This document shows positions 1-9,744 of a DNA stretch of 64,000 nucleotides, one piece after another. Source of the DNA: a virus; IMG/VR virus record IMGVR_UViG_2558860454_000004. One strand, 5' to 3'. Both the position numbers and the translations under genes were made by a program. The number at the start of each line of letters is the position of its first letter. The first letter of the stretch is position 1. Below the pieces are notes generated by a model. The model was not told the DNA's origin, did no database searches, and was given only the letters and a program-made list of their open reading frames with translations.

Positions 1-931
1 CGGCAAAAACTTTTAAGGTGATTTTTCCGTAAACAGGGACATCAGTTGGTCGCGAAAAACTGATTATGTGAGGATTGCCATATTTATCCGGTACGGTTAC
101 GGATGTTTTTCCCCAGGTCCGGACCCCCTGCCCTTTATTTCCCCGGATGGTCCTGGCTATTTCGGTCACATCGCCACCATCAACAATGGCCGAGATGGAA
201 TGCGGAGGGAGCCCGTTACCGTCAGTCTTTCCTGTATCATTTTCATAGAGCTTGTGGCGCGTCACACCAGCAATATTAGCGATCGCCCCGTCCACACCTT
301 CAAATGGTGTGATGGATGGTATCGCGACACTCTGCCCCTGCCTGATGCGCAGTTCTGCGTCCGTTTCTGCAGGTGCGCCAACGGTGGCCGCTGCCGGGTT
401 GGTTACCGACGTCCAGCCACGGGTCGGTGTATTGATGGTGGTGATCGTCCCGGCAGGAGCTGCAACCGCTCCGCTTTTGGAACAAATTGCAGTTGCCGTC
501 ACGGTGCCATCAACACCAATCACCACTGAATCCGGAAGACGCCAGATCACGTTATTGGTGTCTTTCACGGTGCCGTTCGTAATGGTTGTTCCTGCGTTGC
601 CAGTGAGCAGTAAATCCACGGTAGAGTTCGTTGCACCTTTGCGCGCGATACCGTTAATTTTTACGTTACTGGTCAGCGCTGCGCCGTAACCCGTAGCAGG
701 TGAGAAGCAGTTATAGACGGAAATGGCTGTGTTATTGGCATCGTGAATAGCAAGCGCCACCAGCGCCACCATCTGGCCGTCTTTGCTGTCCGGCTCCAGA
801 TAAGCGTCACTACCATAAATCTGCTGGAAATAGCTCGTCAGGGTATCGAGTATCGTCTGGTAATCAGGCGCACTGATCCCCTCAGCGGTTACCGTTGCCG
901 ATAAGCCGAGTGTGTCCAAATTGAGGGCCAT
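1..931 (-). CDS. Baseplate J-like protein (runs off window; absent from ORF track)
   Basis: Hand translation from ATG at 931, directly after the TAA of the upstream gene: MALNLDTLGLSATVTAEGISAPDYQTILDTLTSYFQQIYGSDAYLEPDSKDGQMV; position after wedge gene. Confidence 0.85.
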   Translation of the reverse strand, partial: MALNLDTLGLSATVTAEGISAPDYQTILDTLTSYFQQIYGSDAYLEPDSKDGQMVALVALAIHDANNTAISVYNCFSPATGYGAALTSNVKINGIARKGATNSTVDLLLTGNAGTTITNGTVKDTNNVIWRLPDSVVIGVDGTVTATAICSKSGAVAAPAGTITTINTPTRGWTSVTNPAAATVGAPAETDAELRIRQGQSVAIPSITPFEGVDGAIANIAGVTRHKLYENDTGKTDGNGLPPHSISAIVDGGDVTEIARTIRGNKGQGVRTWGKTSVTVPDKYGNPHIISFSRPTDVPVYGKITLKVFA

Positions 932-1285
932 TTATGCCTCGCTGGTTACTGTCGTTGTTCCGTAGATAGTGTCGATTTCAGCGAAGAACTGGACGCGGCG
1001 CGTCGTCGTGTTCACTGTGGTATTGAAAGAGAGGATGGATTTCACGCCCCGCGTTTCGAGGATGCGCTTGCGGATCGCCAGATTGTAGGTTTCCGGCTTT
1101 TGCTTACCGAGCACAGACTGAATCCACGGTGTTCCCTCTGTCTTATCGAGGAACCACTGCCCGTACCACAATGCAAATCGTGTTTTTACCGCCTGCGCGA
1201 CAGCTTCTGGCGAGTTAATCAGCCAGGTATCATCGCCACTACCAAAAGTGTAATCACCTTCGCCGTCTTCACGTCTGTACCGCAT
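932..1285 (-). CDS. Baseplate wedge protein (gp25/W-like)
   Basis: 117 aa, GEWFLD-like motif (GQWFLDKTEGTPW), between spike and baseplate J. Confidence 0.75.
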   Translation of the reverse strand: MRYRREDGEGDYTFGSGDDTWLINSPEAVAQAVKTRFALWYGQWFLDKTEGTPWIQSVLGKQKPETYNLAIRKRILETRGVKSILSFNTTVNTTTRRVQFFAEIDTIYGTTTVTSEA

Positions 1286-2040
1286 TAGTTAGGCGCTCCT
1301 GTATTACCACCGCCAGTCTGTACCCCGCCGTGGGTATGCGTCATCAGGCTCTTACCGCCAGCCGTTACATCGTTTGTCACCGTGACAGGACCAAGCATCG
1401 TTGCGCTACCGCCGCCCTCACCCATCCCCTGCGACAGATTGCCGTTAATGGTTACGTCACCGTTTAGCGTAATGATGGGTGATGTGATCGTGGTTCCGCC
1501 TTCTGCAGTAGCCGTCAGCGCGCCGGGAGTTTTAACCGTGATGTTATGGCCTGCAGCCACTTCCACAAAAGCAGCTCCATCGTCGGTTCTCAACTGCGCC
1601 GCGCTGGTGCTGATACCGCTTATCTTTTGCGCCTGCGACTGTGGCCCGACGATACAGAACGCATCCGATAAATCATGCACCCGATCGTCGACAGGCTCTT
1701 GTACCCCGCCGTTCTGCCACCAGAAATCGATGCAGCGATCGGCAAAAATCACCAGGCATTCATCACCAGCTTTAACCGGGAACGTTAGCGTGCAGCCACC
1801 GCCGCGAGGAAATACCACGGGCACATCCACCAGCAGCGGGTAATTTTTGGTAATGCGGTTACCGTCGTTATCGGTCTCAACCGAACGGATAGCAGGCTGT
1901 ACAACCGCCGTAACCGCGTCAGGGGCGAATGACTGAATAATGCCGGGCAAAGCGACGCGGATTTGGTTCTTTGTGGTTTCCCGCTCAGATTTGAATGTTT
2001 CGGCAAGGTCGCCGCTGCGGGTTTGGTCAGATACTGCCAT
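1285..2040 (-). CDS. Baseplate central spike (Gp138-like)
   Basis: N-terminal OB-type region (VPVVFPRGGG...GDECLVIFADRCID), C-terminal HTHGGV metal-binding tip; start set at MAVSDQ. Confidence 0.85.
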   Translation of the reverse strand: MAVSDQTRSGDLAETFKSERETTKNQIRVALPGIIQSFAPDAVTAVVQPAIRSVETDNDGNRITKNYPLLVDVPVVFPRGGGCTLTFPVKAGDECLVIFADRCIDFWWQNGGVQEPVDDRVHDLSDAFCIVGPQSQAQKISGISTSAAQLRTDDGAAFVEVAAGHNITVKTPGALTATAEGGTTITSPIITLNGDVTINGNLSQGMGEGGGSATMLGPVTVTNDVTAGGKSLMTHTHGGVQTGGGNTGAPN

Positions 2041-2059
2041 TTGGTAGGCTCCAGAAAGC

Positions 2060-2083
2060 AAAAAACCCGCCAGGTGGCGGGTT
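2060..2083 (-). terminator. Intrinsic terminator on minus strand upstream of spike gene
   Basis: CCCGCCA-CC-TGGCGGG followed by TTTTTT on minus strand. Confidence 0.7.
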
Positions 2084-2262
2084 ACTGATCAAATATCAGG
2101 ATATAAATTATCAGGTGTTGGTGTTACACCTTTTTCGGCTCATCTTGATGGCAATAGTCTTTAAGAACGATTTTTGCCTCGCCATAAAAGACCAAAGCCA
2201 ACAAAGTTCCAGCCAGTGACCATATAGCATTAATTCTTTTCCGGAAGGAGCCGCCAAAGGTT

Positions 2263-2628
2263 ATGACTAAATCAGTTTTCAAAGTACGCCTCTCAAAATC
2301 CGTAGGGGAAGAGTTGATCCCTTATATCGAGGAGATCATCCCCGCTGAAGCCAGAAAAATGGGTGTAAGGGCGCGGGTAGGTGATTCAGCGCCTTCTGCA
2401 TCCTCACCCGCATCAGTGATACTCGGATACATTTTTGAATTTATCCAAAACAAAGATGTTTGTTATAGCGTCGCTGCTGTTGTGGCCGCATGGATTAGAG
2501 CAAAACACAGTAAGAAGATAATCATCAAAAAAGGCGGCTACAAAATCGAAGCAAGCAACCTCACCGATGAAGAACTTTTTAAACTATTCAGTGAGGCTAA
2601 AGACGAAATCGAAATCAAAAAGGAATGA
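2263..2628 (+). CDS. Antisense moron, hypothetical protein with EACC1-like pattern
   Basis: 121 aa, AT-rich, opposite to late operon; central hydrophobic helix then W-x-R and KIEASN motif. Confidence 0.7.
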   Translation: MTKSVFKVRLSKSVGEELIPYIEEIIPAEARKMGVRARVGDSAPSASSPASVILGYIFEFIQNKDVCYSVAAVVAAWIRAKHSKKIIIKKGGYKIEASNLTDEELFKLFSEAKDEIEIKKE

Positions 2629-2631
2629 TTA

Positions 2632-2665
2632 AAGAAAGTGCCTGCCTTCAACCAGGCACTTTCTT
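2632..2665. terminator. Bidirectional hairpin between convergent genes
   Basis: 13-bp perfect stem AAGAAAGTGCCTG / CAGGCACTTTCTT, 8-nt loop. Confidence 0.7.
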
Positions 2666-3001
2666 ACACGGGAAGGATCCAATGATCCTCGGCGCGTCCA
2701 TACTGTTCTGCAGCAGTTGGACATTCAGGAATCGCGTTTCGGTACCCGGACGGCGAATGAACTCGAAACCGTAATTGTTACCGTCTTTGGCTGGCATAAG
2801 ACCCATATCCGCCTTCATTCCATTGCCGTTACCGAGCGTTTTAATTTTCTGGGATGTAACTGTCTCACCATTAATCCTGAACAGTGAATCAGGAATCAAC
2901 TCTAATTTGTAGCCACCACACTGAAGCGTGATACCGCTGGGATTCGCAGCGAACGCTAACCCCGGAAGGAAACAGAGTCCGATAACAATCCACTTTTTCA
3001 C
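2648..3001 (-). CDS. Secreted/periplasmic hypothetical protein
   Basis: Signal peptide MKKWIVIGLCFLPGLAFA; start abuts stop of hub gene. Confidence 0.75.
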   Translation of the reverse strand: MKKWIVIGLCFLPGLAFAANPSGITLQCGGYKLELIPDSLFRINGETVTSQKIKTLGNGNGMKADMGLMPAKDGNNYGFEFIRRPGTETRFLNVQLLQNSMDAPRIIGSFPCKKVPG

Positions 3002-4068
3002 TATCCTACCTCACGCTGTAAAGACGACGCCGAACGGAGATCCGCTGCGCCACGCGCTTCGCACATCATGTCCATGTACCACGCCTGGCCCCTTGTATCA
3101 CCAGTATACATAATGCCTTTCACAACATAAACGCCATCCGTTGCGATGCTGGCAGGCTGCGCCGTGGTGCCGCTGAGTGTGATATTGCCGTCAGTGTTCT
3201 GGTCGGTGATGCGGCCACCAGCCATAGCAATATCGTTGTTCGACAATGCAGTACGGTACACCGAAGCCTGATCCAGTTGAATTAGCCCGTTAACCCGGAT
3301 GTTCAGGTTAATCAGCGCGCGGACGTTAACGCCATTACCGATGGTCTGCTGAGGCATGCCGATCAGCCCGGTGGCGCTGTTGAGCACAATCGCGTCGTGC
3401 ATGTATTCACCTTCGGGCAGCATATTAAGCTGACCATCCACGAACTGCCAGGTGGCGCCGCACTGAGCAGCAACGTTATCCATAAGATGCCGTGTCATGC
3501 CAAACAACACACGTCCCCGCGGGAAAACAGTCGGGGGGAATACCGGAGTGCGACCAACGGTCGCGCCTTTGGCTTCGAAGTCCTTCATCAACAGCCTGAA
3601 CATATCTTCTGTCGTGTAACCCGCTGCCAGCGTCTGATTGGTAATGCTGGTGGCAAATGCCAGATCCGTATCGGCGGCCTGAATCAGGACGTAGGAGTCA
3701 ATGGGACTGTCTTTTCCTGTGACCGAGTAGCGAATTTCCCCACTAAAAATCAGTCCGTAGTTGCGCCCGTCGCTCTGGCCCACCGTGTCGGCGTCGACTT
3801 CCCGCGCAATGCCGACATCGCTGGCTGCCACCTCCGGCGCGATACCGTCGTAACCGGCAATCAGCCGCACTTTCGAAAACTCCTGGCCGGTGATGCGGTT
3901 CACCGTATCAGCTGACAGGTTGTAGATTTTGAACGTTCCCACCCGGGACGCGCTGCTGATGTTGAACCAGTCGATCGTAAAGGTCACTTTAAAATCGCTG
4001 AGTTGAATACCCTGTCCGTTTTCGCCCACGAGCTGCAGCTCGAAATGCCTCATCCAGTTCTGTGACAT
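3001..4068 (-). CDS. Baseplate hub protein
   Basis: 355 aa, KVRLIAGY / FSGEI / ATGLIGMP motifs, position downstream of tape measure. Confidence 0.75.
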   Translation of the reverse strand: MSQNWMRHFELQLVGENGQGIQLSDFKVTFTIDWFNISSASRVGTFKIYNLSADTVNRITGQEFSKVRLIAGYDGIAPEVAASDVGIAREVDADTVGQSDGRNYGLIFSGEIRYSVTGKDSPIDSYVLIQAADTDLAFATSITNQTLAAGYTTEDMFRLLMKDFEAKGATVGRTPVFPPTVFPRGRVLFGMTRHLMDNVAAQCGATWQFVDGQLNMLPEGEYMHDAIVLNSATGLIGMPQQTIGNGVNVRALINLNIRVNGLIQLDQASVYRTALSNNDIAMAGGRITDQNTDGNITLSGTTAQPASIATDGVYVVKGIMYTGDTRGQAWYMDMMCEARGAADLRSASSLQREVG

Positions 4069-4070
4069 GC

Positions 4071-4373
4071 TTACTCCGTTAATACCAGTAAATGACTGCG
4101 ACCGCCCAGGTCGGTTTTCGTCGGATAATCCTGTGTACTGTCGTCACACATCACCACCAGCTTAAAACCCAGTCCCATGTATGCGTACTGTGCCAGCAGG
4201 TCGGCGCCAGTGACCAAAGGAATGCCGGAGATTACCGGCTCCCCCCTGTCGTTCTGCAGGTCCATGATCCAGTACAGGTCACGCCAGATGATGCGAATCC
4301 GCCACGTGATACCCGCCAGGATGATGCTGAACTGCTGGTTATCCGCGGTCAGCGGAATTTCCTGAATAGTCAT
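4071..4373 (-). CDS. Baseplate assembly protein (plug-like)
   Basis: 100 aa, IPL...Q.FSI.L...GIPLVTG.DLL pattern and synteny. Confidence 0.65.
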   Translation of the reverse strand: MTIQEIPLTADNQQFSIILAGITWRIRIIWRDLYWIMDLQNDRGEPVISGIPLVTGADLLAQYAYMGLGFKLVVMCDDSTQDYPTKTDLGGRSHLLVLTE

Positions 4374-4948
4374 TAACCCAGCCCCAGAAAAGCCGCACCA
4401 CTCTGCAATAAAGAAGTGTTGGGCGGTTTAGTTGTTTTGGTTCCGGTATTGAGGACTGGCGACGTGCTGGCCCCGTCCTTCATGTCGGTTTTATCCGCGA
4501 CGGTTACCTGCTGCGTCTGCGAGATGAGAACCTCCCTCAGGGTGAGGACGGCGGACAAGACATTTTCGGTCGTCCTGTCGGTCGTCACCTCCAGTGCGCG
4601 GATCAGCATGTTGCTGTACAGCCGTTTGCCGGTCACCACATCGAAGGGAATACGGCTTTCCTGCAAGTCGAGTATCTCCTGATACGTCTGCTGAGGACTC
4701 AGGCCCAGTAAGCTGGTGGCCGTCAGGTTACTGGCAAAATCCAGCAACGATCCGCCACCAGCGAAACCGACCTCCATCACCACTTCAGACGGTTTTTTGT
4801 AGGCATGGTCAGCGATGGCGGCACCGACCTCGACAGGGTGCTCTGTTATCTCTAGCGTGTCGGTGTGCTTCTCTGAAACAACCACACTGGGGATAAGCAC
4901 CCCAATTCTCCTGGACTGCTGATGAAAGAGAGTAGAGAGAATATCCAT
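4373..4948 (-). CDS. Baseplate/tail-tube initiator (Dit-like)
   Basis: EITEHPVEVGAAIADH motif, directly after tape measure. Confidence 0.7.
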   Translation of the reverse strand: MDILSTLFHQQSRRIGVLIPSVVVSEKHTDTLEITEHPVEVGAAIADHAYKKPSEVVMEVGFAGGGSLLDFASNLTATSLLGLSPQQTYQEILDLQESRIPFDVVTGKRLYSNMLIRALEVTTDRTTENVLSAVLTLREVLISQTQQVTVADKTDMKDGASTSPVLNTGTKTTKPPNTSLLQSGAAFLGLG

Positions 4949-6957
4949 TAACCCACCTTCGTTTGATTGCCGCGCATGAGCTGGGCATTTGCAGACTGCT
5001 GCCGACGTTCTACCTGATTCCCCACGGAGTGCGGATCACCACCACCGTAAATGTGATAGGTGTTCTGTTGCTGGACCTGAGCTCCGGGAGCAGGCATGTT
5101 GCTTAACACCTTCGGAATGTAGTTGCGGGTTTCCTGAGGCATAAGGGCCATCCCGTGTTTCTGTACATTCCCGATCCCCCAGTTATATGACGCCAGCGCC
5201 TTGCTCAGGTCACCGCCATTCGCCCGCAGCAACTGTGAAAGATATTTTGCTGCAGCCTGCGCAGCCTTCTCCGGATCGAAAACATCATTCCCGCGCAGCC
5301 CCATATCTCGTGCAGTGCCGTCCATAAACTGAAACAGGCCTTTAGCGCCGGCGCCGGAAACTGCAAACTGATTCCCGCCTGATTCAGTGATGGCCACACT
5401 GCGCAATAAACCTTCCGGAAGCCGGTATAGGTGTTCCAGATTGGTTAGCATCGGCTGCATCCATCCCAGCAGCTCAGCGCCAGCTTTTGTTGGTTGTGGC
5501 CGCTTAACTGACTGTCCGTGTTGTTCAGGGTCATCACCCCCAAACCAGCCGCGAACCGTTCGGCCTACGCTGCGGGGATCGAATCCCCAGTGCTCTTTAA
5601 TCCAGTCGGCGGCACCGTTGGCGCTGTCTGTTACCATTGGCATCGCTGACGAATTTTCGCTGCCCTGATTAAGCATCTGTTTGCCGATGCTGGCGGCATC
5701 GGCCCAGCGACCGTCTTTAATGGCATTGAGCAGGTCGGCGATCATGTTCAGCATTTTGCTGAACTCCCCCATCTGGTCGATGAAATTGCTGAAATCCCAT
5801 TTCAGGGACCACGATTTGGGGTCAATGTTGAGCAGTTTCGCCAGTGCTTTCGCCAGGTCGTTAACGGTCGCTTTCAGGTCACGAACCATCTTCAGCGCGA
5901 CGTCGACCTCCGGTTTCCATTTCTCCCAGTCAATCAGGCTCTGGCCGCCTTCCTTCCAGGTCTGATAGTCTTCCCACAGGAGGGCGATCCCCGCCGCCAG
6001 CGCGGTAATGAGGCCTATCGGCGACATCCAGAACGTGCTGTTCAGAATGCGCAGCGCAATCGTCAGTGCGCCAAACAGCGAGATCAGTTCCCGCGTTTGC
6101 TTATCCAGTGATTGCCACCAGGTGATAAGGCTGGATGTTCCCTCAATAAGCCTGAAGAACAGGCGCCCGATGATATCCCCGAGCGTCAGAATACCTTTTA
6201 TGGCTTTCGTCAGGGTCTGCTCGATGCGCGGGAAGTTATCCAGGATGTGGCGGCGCAGCGTGTCCAGCGAACCCGCCAGACCACCAGCAAGATTAGAGCC
6301 GATTTTGTCACGGGCCATACCCGCCATCGCGCCGAACTCGCGCAGGGAGGTCATGAACCTGTTGGAGCTTTTGGCCGCCTCGTCAGCATTGAAACCGATG
6401 GCCTTTGCCATCGCGCTGTACTGGCCGGAGAATCCCCCTACCCCCCGGCGAATCGCCATAAGGGTATTTTCATCAATGCCCAGCATCTGCGCATACTGGT
6501 TAGCCCGGTAATACGGCATGCTGCTGAGCTTCTGACCTACCCCCGTAAAAATGGCGGCCATATCGCGCATATTCCCGCTGGCATCACGGGTCTGTACGCC
6601 CAGGCGGTTCAGAAAGCCTTCCGCGCCGGGATTATTACGCACAAACCGGGAGAGGCTTTCCAGCGAAGTCCGCGCCGCGTCCACACTACCGCCCACCTGC
6701 GAAACTACGTAGCCAATCGACTGAATCCCCTGAACCGTCGCGCCGGTGCGTTGAGATGCCCAGTAGAGATTATCCAGACCGGAGGCAATTTTCGCCGTAA
6801 ACGCAACAACGGACAGCGCTGCACCTTCCACCGCCAGCCCTGTTTTTATGGCATTGGCGGTGACGCCAGCAAGAACAGATTCAAATTTCTCGTATCCGGC
6901 TTCATCAATACCAAAGCCAAGGGAGACGAGAAAATCTTTAATAGTCTCAGCGTTCAT
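4948..6957 (-). CDS. Tape measure protein with C-terminal lytic transglycosylase
   Basis: Helical body plus SLT motifs ITESGG, GLFQFM, ASYNWG, ETRNY; start set at MNAETIK. Confidence 0.9.
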   Translation of the reverse strand: MNAETIKDFLVSLGFGIDEAGYEKFESVLAGVTANAIKTGLAVEGAALSVVAFTAKIASGLDNLYWASQRTGATVQGIQSIGYVVSQVGGSVDAARTSLESLSRFVRNNPGAEGFLNRLGVQTRDASGNMRDMAAIFTGVGQKLSSMPYYRANQYAQMLGIDENTLMAIRRGVGGFSGQYSAMAKAIGFNADEAAKSSNRFMTSLREFGAMAGMARDKIGSNLAGGLAGSLDTLRRHILDNFPRIEQTLTKAIKGILTLGDIIGRLFFRLIEGTSSLITWWQSLDKQTRELISLFGALTIALRILNSTFWMSPIGLITALAAGIALLWEDYQTWKEGGQSLIDWEKWKPEVDVALKMVRDLKATVNDLAKALAKLLNIDPKSWSLKWDFSNFIDQMGEFSKMLNMIADLLNAIKDGRWADAASIGKQMLNQGSENSSAMPMVTDSANGAADWIKEHWGFDPRSVGRTVRGWFGGDDPEQHGQSVKRPQPTKAGAELLGWMQPMLTNLEHLYRLPEGLLRSVAITESGGNQFAVSGAGAKGLFQFMDGTARDMGLRGNDVFDPEKAAQAAAKYLSQLLRANGGDLSKALASYNWGIGNVQKHGMALMPQETRNYIPKVLSNMPAPGAQVQQQNTYHIYGGGDPHSVGNQVERRQQSANAQLMRGNQTKVG

Positions 6958-7186
6958 TATCCTCTCTCCATTTCTCAATACGGCGCTGGTTGTCAGCCTT
7001 AACGGCCAGATGGTCATTCATCAGCGCGATATCGCACAGATCGACAGACCCATCCTTCAGCGCGTAATAAGGGATTAACCCGGCATCAACCGGATCGAGG
7101 AGATAAGACAGCCCGTCAGGCAGGCTGTTAAGGATTAATCCTGAGACTGCCACGGCGTCGCGCTGGTAGGGTTCACGGGCAAAAAA
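6947..7186 (-). CDS. Tail assembly chaperone -1 frameshift extension (GT-like)
   Basis: T-TTT-TTG at 7180-7186; -1 frame stays open through the 6947..7153 ORF and overlaps tape measure start. Confidence 0.65.
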   Translation of the reverse strand, partial: FFAREPYQRDAVAVSGLILNSLPDGLSYLLDPVDAGLIPYYALKDGSVDLCDIALMNDHLAVKADNQRRIEKWREDNER

Positions 7187-7587
7187 TTTCCCAGAGAATC
7201 GGCGACCACCCGCGCCACCAGCTGCAGCATGGTCAGCAGGTCGATATCGTCAAACACCAACTGACCGCTGTTAAATACCGGGGTCCATCCACCCATATGT
7301 TTGCGTGACACCACAGCCAGGCAAGGATGAATAATCGCGTTGGTGTCATCTTCGGTCAGGGAAGACAGTTCATCGGCGATACGCGGCAGCAGGGTTTCAA
7401 ATACCGGCTTTAACGCATCAAATTTTGCGCCATCGATTTTGCCATCTGCAGGCAGAAGGGAGCGAATGCTCCCGAAATCTGACATCATGCCCGCCAGCAC
7501 CGGCAGCAGTTTGCGGGTCACTTTCAGCTGGTCAAAAACGCTGAGTTTTGCCACTCGGTAATCGTGGCCTTTGACTGAACATTCCAT
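7135..7587 (-). CDS. Tail assembly chaperone (G-like)
   Basis: 150 aa between tube and tape measure genes. Confidence 0.75.
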   Translation of the reverse strand: MECSVKGHDYRVAKLSVFDQLKVTRKLLPVLAGMMSDFGSIRSLLPADGKIDGAKFDALKPVFETLLPRIADELSSLTEDDTNAIIHPCLAVVSRKHMGGWTPVFNSGQLVFDDIDLLTMLQLVARVVADSLGNFLPVNPTSATPWQSQD

Positions 7588-7590
7588 CTG

Positions 7591-8034
7591 TTAAAACTCT
7601 CCGAGGATCTGGTCGATTTTGCCGCAGTCAAATACCCAGGGCATCGTATTACCGGCTTTCGCGTTGGCGTTATCCGGCTGTTTCTGGAACGCCACGCTGC
7701 GCGCCGTGATAATGTCACCGCTTACCTTATTTCGGATCACAATGACATTGTTCCCCCAGGTACCGGAGGACTGGCTTTGCGCGTTATACGCCAGAGACAG
7801 CTTTTTGTTTGTCGGCGAGGTCTTCAGCAGGTTGACGGTTACAGTGCCGCTCTTGTCTGCGTGAAGGCTGTGCATCACTTCACCATCAGCGCCGATTGTC
7901 ATGGTGTTTTTAGGGCCGGCCATAGCCACGGTGATCCCTTCCTCGGAGCTGGCGGAGCCGTAACCCAGATCAATCTCGCCAGTCGGGCCGGAGAGGGACG
8001 CCGTGACGTCCATAAAACTGTAAGTTGAACCCAT
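7591..8034 (-). CDS. Tail tube protein (DUF3277-like)
   Basis: 147 aa after sheath; GADGEVMHS...SGTVTVNLLKTSPTN. Confidence 0.8.
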   Translation of the reverse strand: MGSTYSFMDVTASLSGPTGEIDLGYGSASSEEGITVAMAGPKNTMTIGADGEVMHSLHADKSGTVTVNLLKTSPTNKKLSLAYNAQSQSSGTWGNNVIVIRNKVSGDIITARSVAFQKQPDNANAKAGNTMPWVFDCGKIDQILGEF

Positions 8035-8046
8035 ATTTATTTCCCC

Positions 8047-9192
8047 TTAGCGAACGACGTTGATCTGTACGTCAGCGAAATGCACTGCGCCAGCCAGCTT
8101 ACAGGCAACCTGAATAACCGGTGCCTTACGGGCTTCGCGGTCTGCCTGCGCCTGCTCGGAAATCGGCTGCGCGTAGACGTAATACCCTTTTGTCAGCGTG
8201 TCTCCGGAATCCAACTGCCCGATTGGGCCACCGTTCCATACGCCAGCAGCCACCAGCCCGTTCGTCACGGACTGATCCATAGACTGCTCAACATTGGACA
8301 GAAGACGTGTAACACCCGCATCGGTCTGAGGCACTTTGGTTGTACTGGTGTACAGCAGGTTATACAGGTTGGTCTGAACGTAGTTCTGCAGCCAGTCGAG
8401 CCCGTGGCGCTCATCAAAGAAATCACCGCTGGACATGACGCCCTGCTGCAGGATTGCCGTATCGTTCTGGTAATACACAAACACGTTGCATTTTTTGGCA
8501 TCCAGCGCCGCCGCCTGATCAGTCGTCAGAGTTTCGTAAGTGATCCCCGGCTCCTGTTTAAATTTCAGGGTAATGGTGGTATTGCTGCCGTTGAAATTCA
8601 CCGTAAACGCGCGGCCAAATGCAGACAGCGCAGCGTACTTGCTGCTGGAGGAATACTGTACGAACGTGCGCCCGTATTTTGCCGCCTTCAGCTTGTAGGC
8701 CAGATCCCCGGTTGAAGTGGCGTCAACGGTGGCGGGATCGCTGGTGGTAATTGCCAGAATGCGGCTGACGCCCGAAGCCTCTACGGCTGCAGCAACTTTC
8801 AGCCAGTCGTCATCTGCAATATCCTCTTTGTCTGCAATACCGAGACCATACCAGTTGGTGTAGCCCATTACGGCATTAACCGCATCCATCAGATTTTCAG
8901 CAGCACCCGCCTCACCCGTTGCCAATGTTTTAGCCCAGCGACCTACATACACCTCTTTAGGTCGTGGTGACTGGGAGAAATAGACTGTTGCTGCTTCATA
9001 TTCCGGGCTATCCACGCCGAAATCTGTGCCGATATCTTCCGGGGATGAGTAGAGGCGAATGCGCTCAGAAACCGGGATAACCGTTGAGCTCCCGAGAATG
9101 AGCAGTGAACCAAAGTTTCGACCAGTAGCCGCACGCGGCCCAATGATCACGTCGACATTAACGACGTTTGAGACAGGTAATCCCTGCGGCAT
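8047..9192 (-). CDS. Tail sheath protein (DUF3383-like)
   Basis: 381 aa; [29 protein letters not shown] motifs. Confidence 0.85.
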   Translation of the reverse strand: MPQGLPVSNVVNVDVIIGPRAATGRNFGSLLILGSSTVIPVSERIRLYSSPEDIGTDFGVDSPEYEAATVYFSQSPRPKEVYVGRWAKTLATGEAGAAENLMDAVNAVMGYTNWYGLGIADKEDIADDDWLKVAAAVEASGVSRILAITTSDPATVDATSTGDLAYKLKAAKYGRTFVQYSSSSKYAALSAFGRAFTVNFNGSNTTITLKFKQEPGITYETLTTDQAAALDAKKCNVFVYYQNDTAILQQGVMSSGDFFDERHGLDWLQNYVQTNLYNLLYTSTTKVPQTDAGVTRLLSNVEQSMDQSVTNGLVAAGVWNGGPIGQLDSGDTLTKGYYVYAQPISEQAQADREARKAPVIQVACKLAGAVHFADVQINVVR

Positions 9193-9195
9193 AAT

Positions 9196-9744
9196 TTACT
9201 CTCCGAAGAATGAAACGGGCGCATCTTGCAGCGCCAGGATGTTGTACTCTCGAACCACTTTCCGGCGCAGCCGCACTTTCATGTCGTAACGGCGTACCCA
9301 CTGTTGGTTAATAAGCTCGGGGAAAGGGACAATATCGCCATAGTCAACGAGCGAGAGATCCGACTGGTTCAGCTCGGCGTTGTTTTGCTCAACCGATATT
9401 CCGTCACGGAATCGCGAAGCAATTTGCATCCCCCCCGGGCCGTAGAACGACGCCATAGCGACAAAATCCTCATGCCGCCAGAGCTGTGTTCCGGTATCGG
9501 TCTGTTGAGTGAATGCGGGGCTGTTATCAATGGGCCATTCGATGATGCCAAACGCGCACCAGTTCGTTTCAACTGGCAGCAGTGGCGGCTGATCTTTCTG
9601 CCAGCGCGGGCGAACCATCCCAGCAGGCAAGCCGGAAACGTTGCGCATCCACTGGCTTAACAGCCTGTCTAGCGCTTCGTCATAATCCGGGTCGCCGCTG
9701 ACAGGTGTAAGCCATCCCGGCTCCGTACTGGAATTATTGCTCAA
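9196..9744 (-). CDS. Tail terminator/neck protein
   Basis: Position before sheath; probable TTG start at 9744 with GGAGG upstream. Confidence 0.65.
   Translation of the reverse strand: MSNNSSTEPGWLTPVSGDPDYDEALDRLLSQWMRNVSGLPAGMVRPRWQKDQPPLLPVETNWCAFGIIEWPIDNSPAFTQQTDTGTQLWRHEDFVAMASFYGPGGMQIASRFRDGISVEQNNAELNQSDLSLVDYGDIVPFPELINQQWVRRYDMKVRLRRKVVREYNILALQDAPVSFFGE

Noticed and set aside
2100-2262. Small membrane ORF on the minus strand
   Set aside because: Hydrophobic frame lacks a credible start and SD and overlaps the start of the 2263 gene
6008-7078. Long plus-strand ORFs (for example 6112..7002)
   Set aside because: Antisense shadows of the tape measure gene; the same applies to 8080..8715, 13943..14539, 22631..23224 and 53013..53603
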